A program made the position numbers and the translations under genes. This document shows, piece by piece, positions 53,999 through 64,000 of a DNA stretch of 64,000 bases (positions are counted from its first letter, which is position 1; each line of letters starts with the position of its first letter). Origin of the DNA: Chrysomallon squamiferum (Eukaryota; Animalia; Mollusca); NCBI GenBank assembly GCA_012295275.1, contig CM022671.1, positions 23,436,001 to 23,500,000 on the forward strand, written 5' to 3'. The notes under the pieces were generated by a model, which saw only the letters and a program-made list of their open reading frames with translations, was not told the DNA's origin and searched no databases.

Positions 53999-56534
53999 GC
54001 ATATTTGTTTTCTAGGAAATCAATAAACAAAATATTTAAATATTTAATATTCCATAACCGAAAAATAAAATGAGTTCTGTCTTTAAATTGTGTATAAGTC
54101 CTAATGTGCTTTTTTGACTTGACGATATAAATATATTTGTTTGTTTTATTCTGAGCGCCAATAAACTCAGTTCCTATCACTACTGTTAATTCCTTCATGA
54201 ACAGATCTGAAATCTGCTGCTTCACGTTACCTCTAAAACAAGACCTACATCGTCGATCAACATTAACAGACATAATATTATCGCTCTGGTTACTGATGGA
54301 CGTTTGCGGCAGGTGCCGGTAAATAATACGGCAAGAATTGGTATCAAATACTCAAACAGTTCAACAGTACCGCATTCTTGGCTTTACCAGACCTATAACC
54401 CAGTATTTGTGTGTTGACGTTTTCAGATCCCCGATCACGAGATTTAAGAACTGACCGATCAAGTTTTGTGGCTGTTGGGTAGAAATTTTTTATCTGTAAA
54501 CCGTATTTTTTTTTATTAAGAAATCTCAGAAGCAGGTTGATACTTAGAAAGATTATAATATCTAAACTGTTTTTATTAAGGAGATAAAAATCCAGGTGGA
54601 CTGCATGCTACCTTGTATTTTTAGATTGATGGTATCTGCTATGATAAGCACTGAAATTAAATTATCCTTTTGTTAGCGCTGCAGTTGAAGGTGAGAGGAT
54701 GAAGAAGAAATACCAGTAGTATAATAACAGTATTGGTAATTGTATAATTGTAACTTTAGCAATGTTATAATGTTGTTGTTGTTTTGTTGTTTTTTGTGAT
54801 GTAATCATACTAGTAAGTGCTGTTATGGTGGTAAGATAGTAATAACAGTGTAGAAGTGATAATAAACTGTGAGGCAGTTTGATTCTTGGGAGGTCCAGGT
54901 GAGAAGTTTCCAGTGGTGAGTTTAACAAGGACGAGTGGTGTGTTGAAATTAGATCAACGCAGGTTCATTGTTCATAGTTAAGATGAAAAAAAAACCAGCG
55001 GAGATCTTGGCTCGCTGATAAAACTTTTTTCAATGCAGAACAAAAGAACTCAGCCAAGATATTGTAAATTATGGAGATGAAGTAAATGTGCGTGTGTGTA
55101 TATATATGTATACACAAATATACATACATACATACCTGTACACACACACACACACTTACACACACACCACACATATATATATATATATATATATACATTC
55201 ACAAAGAACAAATAAATATAATTTTATGTCACTGATCCATAAATATGTGTTAAATTAAATCGCCGATGCCGAACAACTCGTTGTCGGACATACTGATTAC
55301 GTCATATATAGTTTTTACAGAATGAAGTCAAATGAACACATTTTCATAAACTGACATCAGGATGAAATGTGGGTTTTCGACTGTTATTTTTTTTTTTAGG
55401 GGGGGTTAGAATTTGTGTATGTAAATTTCTAGACAGATAACAAACAGGGCATATATATTTCATATCTTTTTAAAAAGGACAAGAAAAATGCACTGGAATT
55501 GTCTGTAAAATAGAATATTCCAATAACGAACGACACGTCTGTTGCCAGCCACTTGAAGCAGACGACAAAATAACTGGTTTGCACTTGCATAACAATTGCA
55601 TTGTTTATATTACATTTTGCTTCTGAAGCAGAACTGATGCCAGAGTGATTCATTTTATTTATTATCTTAAAACAGTTCTGCAAAATTCCAAGAAAAATAT
55701 CTTCTTAGCACGCACAAAAACGATTTATTTCCCTGTGCATGCGGAAGAGGTGGCGCCATCTGAGTGTTCCCTTTCCACGACAGATATTTATGTCGTGTGG
55801 GTTGCCATTGGTGACAAAGTTTACATAAACAAAAACAGAGTCGCGTTTCGGGCCAGTTGTAGACGGTGAAACTTTAATGAAATCTGCTATTAAGTTACAA
55901 AAATAAAAAATAAATAAATTTTAAAAAAAAAAAAAAAAAAAAAAGAAAAAGAAAAAAAAAGAAGAAAAAGAAATCAGTCGAAAAAAAATACATCTAAATA
56001 TTTAATATTCCATAATAACTAATCAAAACATTCTTTCTTTAAAAGTGTATTCCTTCTAAATGGGTGCAGTTTTACATGATGGTATAGAAATTTTGATTTC
56101 ATATAATTTTATTTTCTCAACATAAATTACATTGTTTCAACGATCGACAATACAAACTGAATGGGAAAATATCTTAGTGTCCTGAATTAGACTGGGTTTT
56201 ATAGCATGGCTTTATTAATATTATTATTATTTTTTTTTTTTTTTTATTATTATTATTTCTATGTTATTTATTATTTTTATTTTAAATTTTAAAACAAAAC
56301 ACATTAACTTAGGATGTATTAAAAAAAAAAAATCATATATAACGTATATTACTGTCTTTATTTTTTAGCCTCATTACGAGGAAATGAACCAAAAAACATT
56401 TAAACCCATATTGACATTTGTTTCTGCGAACATTACTTGAACACATGAACAAGTGTTTTACCTACACATCTTTTCTTATTTTAAATGAACATTTATTTAA
56501 AACTATATTGTTTTATTTTATTTTTAATGATGAT

Positions 56535-56630
56535 ATGAGAAGGGAATCCTGATACCCAAAGCAACAGCTAATCGTATATAGCAGAAACTGAACATTTTTA
56601 TTTACCTTCCCACAGACAGGAAAGCATAAA
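56535..56630 (-). mobile_element. Second, more decayed relic of the same SINE family
   Basis: CCCACAGACAGGAAAGCA (56609-56626) matches the recalled core CCCACAGACAGGATAGCA. It is preceded by weakly matching TAGCAG and TTTTAT blocks. Confidence 0.45.
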
Positions 56631-59600
56631 CTATTACCCTTAAAAACAAAATAAAAAACAACAACAACAACAATAATAATATAGAACGTACACACACACA
56701 CACGCACACACACGTTATATGCTTTCGGCAGAATCGAAACACCAACAGAAGGCATCCTGTTAAAATAAACAAACAAAACCAATCCACTTAATAACGCTAA
56801 GATTCGTATAAATCACGAATCAGAAACGTTCCAATAGAAAGGCAAAGAGTTTTGGCAAAGACGCCTGATATTTGAGTAGAGTGTTTCCAAGATTAACAGA
56901 AAGACTTGCAATACAGACTGGGTGACTCAGACAAGCACCACGATATTTTTACTCAAAACATCACAGTTAATTGTAGCTGCAGGGAAAACGAACAATGTAT
57001 AGTACTGGTAGCAGAAAACAGAGATACTATCAGGTAAAGATAAATGTTCTGACAATACTCGTGTTGGTTCCAGAGTAAAATGTATTTATTATACCAAACT
57101 GTACTGATTTGTTGCGATAGCAATTTGTGAAAGAATGGAAGGAGTGACTATGAAGTATCCTCTTCTTTTTTTTTTTAAATATCAAATGTTTTGGCATATA
57201 TCAGTAAACAAAGACAAATCCGAACAACGCACATATATACATACTTAAATACATTCATATATATATGCATAGATACATGCATATATACATACATACATAC
57301 ATGCATATATACATACATACATACATACAGACAGACAGACAGACACAATTACGTACATACATACGTATACTTGAATCCTCTCCCTTTATGTTACATTGGT
57401 TTAAAAATATTATCTCACCATCATTTGAATTATACTGTGTTTTTATATTACGAGACTCACGTTACAATTGTAAGGAAAAACATCACTTAAAACTTTTAAA
57501 AGGTCAAATACATTCATGTCTGTATTCTACAGAAAGTTTGACGGAATTTATTATTACAGAATTAAAAAGGAAAAAAAAAAAATCACTGCAGCAACATGAT
57601 TAAACAGGCGATGTTAACATAAAAACTAAGCAACATTCGAAGAAAGAAAAATCAACAGTTGATTTTGTATTGGGGGAAAATTGTGTGGTTTTATAGATTA
57701 ATCAAGTGCTCTGAGAATTCAGACAAAACACAAAGTATTCAAAGTTAAATCATTAAATTCCTATTCGCCGAAAAAAAAAAAAAATAGCGATTCTGTGTGG
57801 CGTCAGTAGTCTGAAAAATACCGACGTCCAAACATTATGTGTTATTATCAAAGGCTTGAGTGGTGAGGACGTAAAAACGTTTTTAACCCCTTGTCATCCC
57901 AAAATGACGACCACAACAGTTGCTATTAATTTGTCAGAAAAATGAATTGCCTTTCTACATGGTTTAACAACCTTATAAAATCACCTTAGGATGAAGGAGT
58001 CTAAAAACGTAGCAATCTAACGGACCCGTTCTCGCCACAGACCCGTAATGACCTGAGAATTTTCATTTGGAACTCGTTGAATGCCCGAACCGCGACGATC
58101 GATTTGCGTGTTTACTCAAACGAGATTAGTTACATCCCATTTACGCACAAATAACATTTATTGGAACTCTCCAGACACTAAGGAACGAAAATGCCATCGA
58201 CTCGAGTCACGCGTAATGGAGAGCACTTCCAAGATGGATAACTCTTGAGTCACAATTGAATAGTGGAAGGACAGCAATTTGTCCAAAAAGCAATTTTAGT
58301 ATTGGCCTTTGCTCTCTATCTGTGGATCAATTGATTAATATAGAGATTTCTCAAACTTCATCATCTACAGTTGTCAGACGGAGCAAAGTGTCTTCTGTAA
58401 CTATCAAATATTTGAATAGAGTTTGTCGTGGCGCTACTTGATGTATTGATTCGATGCTCAAGCAATCTTTTCATAAACTATTAAAAGTCTGCGAAACTTT
58501 TCCAACGAAGAAAAGTTAGAAATGAAAAAAAAAAAAAAAAAAAGGGGGAATGAGTGAAAAAACGCAGAATCAAGAATCAAAACTGAAAAGGAGTAGTAGA
58601 ATAGAAATAATGATAATAACAAACTGTCCTTCATGGCGAACACTTGACAATAAAGAGAGATAAGAGGGTAAAAAAACTTATATTTCAATAGATGTATTCT
58701 ATGAATTCTAAATTAAAAGAAATATTTGATTTTTAAACTTTAAGCATCTTTTTTTTTTATTTTTTTTTTTTATTTGGGAATGTATTTCAGCTGAAAGGAA
58801 AAAAGATTATTACTTTAAATCAGTTAAAAGGCGTATTCTTAAGAGAGTTCTGATGTAACAGCTACATCAGAATCGCTTTAGTTATTATCACCATCATCAT
58901 CATCGTCATCGTTATCATTATTATCATTAACATCATTATCAGTATTTAACTTAACTTATGCTTATCATGAACAGATTCTTACGTCACGATGTTTTGTTGT
59001 TGTTGTTTCTGTTTTGTTTCGTTTGGTTTGGTTTTTTTTTTTTTTTTTTTTTTTTTTTATCTGTGAGTATTTTTTAATTTTTTAATTTTTGTGGGGTTTT
59101 ATGGGGGCAGGGTGTTATTATTTAATATTATTTTATTTTATTTTATTTTTATTTTCATTTTTTTTATCAGTTTTTTTTTTTTTTTTTTTTTTTTTATTTT
59201 TTTTTTTTTTATTATTTTTTTTTTTTTATTTGTTTGTTTGTTTGTTGTTGTTGTTGAATTTTTTTCTCTTTAAGAAAATTACTCCTTCTGCATTCAGTTA
59301 ACAGGACGTTTGAAAAGCCGCTGTGTACATTCTGACACAAGTAAAACTGTAACACGTGAGAGGTGGTGTTGAGCTAACTCAGCGAGTGACTGCAGAAAAC
59401 ATTGCTTTCTTTGTTGTCTGTGAACGCCTTTTCACTCCACAGTCTGCACACATTACATAAGTTAATAATAGGTGTCACAGCCTGCAGAGTCACGATGATG
59501 GAAACCATACGCAAAGACCGGCTCACTTTAAACAAAATGGCTTAACGTCTGACCTGCTTTTATCAGTTTTCTTTCAAGTTTTTAAAGATAAAAATTAATA

Positions 59601-60734
59601 AAATCTGCAGTAAAATATGATTTTTTTTTTTTTTTTTAAATATTCTTTTTTTAGAATACTGAGTGTTCCTAAAATTTAATAAAGCCTACAGTTATATATA
59701 ATTTAAAAAAAAAAAAAAATTTAGAATCTTGAATTGTTTCAAAATTAACGGTTGAACACGTTTAAAATTTTGAAATTCGATTGCTTATGAAATGTACGGT
59801 AATTTAGTATTTTTTATTTTTTGAATCAAGATGATGAATTTTTAAAACATTTACATCATAAAAAAAAAAATTAATTAAGAACGTGAGCTATTTATAATAC
59901 ATACGGTAAACACTTTCAAGTTATTAAATTTAATTTTTTAAAATTTATAATAAATATCAGTTGAGAAATTGAATTGTTTATAAAAATTATTTTGCATATT
60001 ATATTTAATTTCAGTATCTGGATTTTTTTTCATTATAATCTGCGACAAAACATTGTATGAAGAATTTGAACAGCGTAAAATTACATACTTTAAAACTAAC
60101 AATTCAAAATTTTGTTACAAAGATACCAAGAACGTTTATATTAATATACTGAACTCTTTGTAAAGTCTGTATTTAAATATTTCAATATCTCTAGAATTTA
60201 TATTTTCGTCTGTTAATAAAACCAACAGATAATATTTTTTGAATTAAGAAATTAAAATATTATTTTCAAAATAAAGTTTAAAAGCTTTGAAATGAACAAA
60301 CTGAGCTTTTAAAAAACTGTTATGAATATTTTTTAATTAAGAACAATTTATAAAGTCAATGTAATTATAAAGTGTTTAATGGTTTGAAGAAGAGAAAGCA
60401 ATTAAAATAAAAATAGGATTATTTAAAAAATATATATAAATAAAAAATGAAAACTGGGTTTACATTAAATATCTAGATTACAGTGGATTTTAAATATTCA
60501 GTAATAATATATGTATGTATGTATGTATGTATGTATATTTCTATAAAATTCAATAGAGAAGCATAATATAGAAATTTCATTAAATATTAAGTGTAAAAAC
60601 CAAGATAAAAACTAATTTAAAAAACCAATATAAGCGTTTTCTTGCTTAAACTAATAATATAAATTATTTAAAATTGAACAGTGAGAATCAGAGCTTGTTT
60701 TTATTTCATATTATTATTGTTGTTGTTGTTGTTA

Positions 60735-60785
<51 letters not shown>

Positions 60786-63568
60786 GTTATAATCATTATT
60801 TGTATATTTATTTATTTTTATTTTATTTTTGTTTTATTATATTTTTACAATAAAAATGTCTGATGAAATTAAAAGTATTTTAAGAAAATAATACATAGAA
60901 TTTACAAAATTTACAAAAATTTATTAATTTAGTGTAGAAAATATTAAATGTGCAGAATTTCAAGAGAAAGAAGAGAAGAGGGAAGAAATAGAGCCAGAAA
61001 ATATTGATAAAGCTTATATTAAAATATAATTATTTTTGTATGTCGAAATATTGTTGAAAATTAGATATAGAAAATTTACTTAAAATGTTTTCTATTTATC
61101 AAAACCGAACTGTTATATTTTAATTATTTAAATTTGTCTTTTTATGTTTGTTTGTTTGTCAGGGTTTTTTGTTGTTTTTTTTTTTTTTTTTTGTTAGTGC
61201 TTTTGTTGTTGTTGTTATTGTTAATAAGTTTTCTTGTTTCAAAAGATATATTCGCCATCGAATCAATATATTTAACAAATTTACTGATATTGCCTTAATA
61301 TTCACTTGTTGTTTAGTGGAAATATAATAAAATAAAAATATAATCCTCTTATTGCTTTGTCTTTGTAGCCATTCATAATATTAATTTAATTTATTATTTT
61401 ATAATTATTATTATAAATAATAATTAATAAATTTTAAAAATTATTAAAAGCACATTATTTCCATTATATGGCCGATTTAAAATAAAACGAATAACATTTA
61501 TATTATGCCTTCCTTTTCTTAAACTCCTCTCTAAGTTCTGATTCTCCTTTCATTTTCTCTTCTCTTGTATCTTTTTTCAGCCATTAGTTCTTTCTGATAT
61601 ACAATTTCCGCAAGGGACATAAAAATCTATATCACATTCAAAATTATTGTCTGGAATCTGGGAGGAGGGGGTATTTTTACATTACTACTCCCCCCACACA
61701 CAGTACTTAACATAATAATAACAAACAAAGAAGTAAATTTTCACAGCGCATATAAATAAAATAATTTAGTTCTGCCATATTGAGACATTTCTGAAAATGC
61801 ACCAAAATTTTCATAGATTCCGTTTCACTGTTATAATTTTCTTCATCCATAAGAAATGAAAAAAAAAACAATATCACTAAAGCCAGAATGACCATATTGT
61901 CACATAAATGGATCGGAAATAAATATTCAGTGAATACATATGTCATGGACTAATTGCTGATGTCTAGACGCAAGGACGCCCAGACGACAAGAAATTGGCA
62001 GAATCACTGATAGAAGACTTTATTTTTGTAAAAGAATCCAATGAAAACTAAAATAGTACGTTCATCGTAAGACTACAGAAACTTGTTTTAAAAGGGGCTG
62101 GATGATTCCCGATCGTGATTTTATTGGTGGGCAGCAAACTGTATAATAAACTGGAGTAAATGTTATCAGTGCCAATGTCAGTGCAAAACAAGTTCCAAAC
62201 ACAAATGAAACAGATTCGTGGAAACAGTATAGTAAATTAACGAGTCATGAAGTAAATAAGTCTAATCGAGTTTTGTATAAGGAATTTTATAAAATAATAC
62301 TAGATACATTTAGACATATTGACTGTTAGTATAAAGAGTTTGTGCAGGAAATGAACTCATATTTGTAACTCAAAACAAAAAAGAACAAAACAATTTCTTT
62401 CATTCTGTGTCATAGGGTGTGCGTGCGCCTTTACATGTGCGTGTGAGTGCGTGCATGCGTATGTGTATCTATGTATATGATTTTATGACTATCTAAATGT
62501 GCTGAGTAAGGTGAAAACCAAAAACATTCAAAGCGAAAAACACAATTGTAAAAAAGCGAAAGTTTCTTACTTAACCAAGTTACTAACTAACTAAGTTTCT
62601 TCGTTGGAATGAAATAGAATAAATTAAAATAAAATTTGTAAAAATTAAATACAGAAAATAAGACTGAAGAAATATATAAAGAGATAAAAAGAAAATTTAA
62701 ATTAAAATTTTCAAATATTTCCTGTTTGAGTTACATTCTCCTAAATCTTTCCAGTCATTAGTTAATATCAACGTTGCACATAATACTATATCCTCCACTA
62801 ACATTTATTTATATCTGTGTATATTATTAAATTACTTTCTTTTAAATGACTCACATTTTTAATACTTTTTTATCTGAACGAAATTCATTTTTCTTGTCGA
62901 AAGAAAAGGTGGTTAGAGACCAGTGCATTTTTCAGATCGACTAAGTATGCGACAGAAACTCCCCGAAGATATTTCTCCGAAACTTATTATTCAGAGTAAA
63001 ATGTAATTATGCTTATTGAACATAATTGGCCCTAGCTCCTTCCGATAAAAAAAAACAGCCTGCAGGGAGTCGTTCAAAGATAAATTGGAGGAACAATAGA
63101 CGGTAGGTCTGCGAATACGATTCCCCTATCGACTGTTCCACGTTACGCTGTCAGTGTTCATAAAAAGCGTAATACGTCAGCAGGGAGCGATGACAATAAA
63201 TCCAAAACGATCATCATCGTTAGGATAACAGTCGCAGAGAGGACATCAATTTAGCAGCAAACAGTGCGCGTTCATTACCATACTAACTGTTACATGATAC
63301 AGGGCCCTGTCTGCATGTGACGAGAAAAAAACACCTCGAGTAGTTAGTTAAATATGAATATTCTATTTAGTCCTTCAAAAGTGTCAGCTTTTTTTTTGGT
63401 AATTTAGTAACCTGCTTCAAGTTTGGTTGTTTATTTTGAATGCGTAATTAACGACCTCAAAGTATGTTTATTCATATAAAATAAATGTCAGTAGCTTCAA
63501 GTAACCTATGGACCTGCTCTGAGAATAAATAAATAGATAAATAAACAAATAAATAAATTAATTAATAA

Positions 63569-63629
<61 letters not shown>

Positions 63630-64000
63630 TCAAAAATGAACAAACACAACAGTCTGTTTTACTAGTCCGACAAAAGCAAATACAAATATAACGAAAACGT
63701 TTTTCGCAAAATTATATTCCTTATTGAAAAGAATTAAATTATTAAAATGCAAAGAATATATAATGGACATGACACAGACTTGGTGTTTGTTGTTGTTGTT
63801 GTTTTTTTGTGTTTACTGTTGTTGTTGTTGTTTTTTTGTCTTATTACATGCGTTGATCAAACATATTAACATTTTTTAAATTATTATTACTGTTTTATTT
63901 TTTTATTTTATTTTCAATTTTTTAATTTAATTCTTTTATTATTATTTATTTGATTGGCTTTTTATAATTATTGTATTATGATTTTATAATTATGTACGAT

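Noticed and set aside
57882-57970. TTAACCC(C/T) piggyBac-like termini here and at ~15994
   Set aside because: No matching opposite TIR with a TTAA duplication was found.

Overview
This is eukaryotic (invertebrate animal) genomic DNA. It is AT-rich, dense in microsatellites and almost entirely non-coding; SINE relics suggest a mollusc, which is an inference. The only supportable gene is the 5' part of a furin-activated matrix metalloproteinase (Drosophila Mmp2 / vertebrate MMP17-25-like) on the minus strand. Coding exon 1 is 33970..33689 (signal peptide preceded by an unusual Cys-rich extension), followed by a 27.8-kb phase-0 intron. Exon 2 is 5864..5587 (propeptide, PRCGNQD cysteine switch, RRKKR furin site). 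The catalytic exons lie beyond position 1. The ~30 kb upstream has no recognisable gene. It carries CpG-containing, motif-rich islands (ETS, AP-1, a perfect DR5 nuclear-receptor element), a 132-bp near-perfect palindrome and a degenerate 22-bp minisatellite. The window also holds a 201-bp hAT-type MITE with TIRs and an 8-bp TSD, plus tRNA-derived/Meta-type SINE relics. No prokaryotic-type system (CRISPR, operon) is supported, and most ORFs in the track are microsatellite artefacts.
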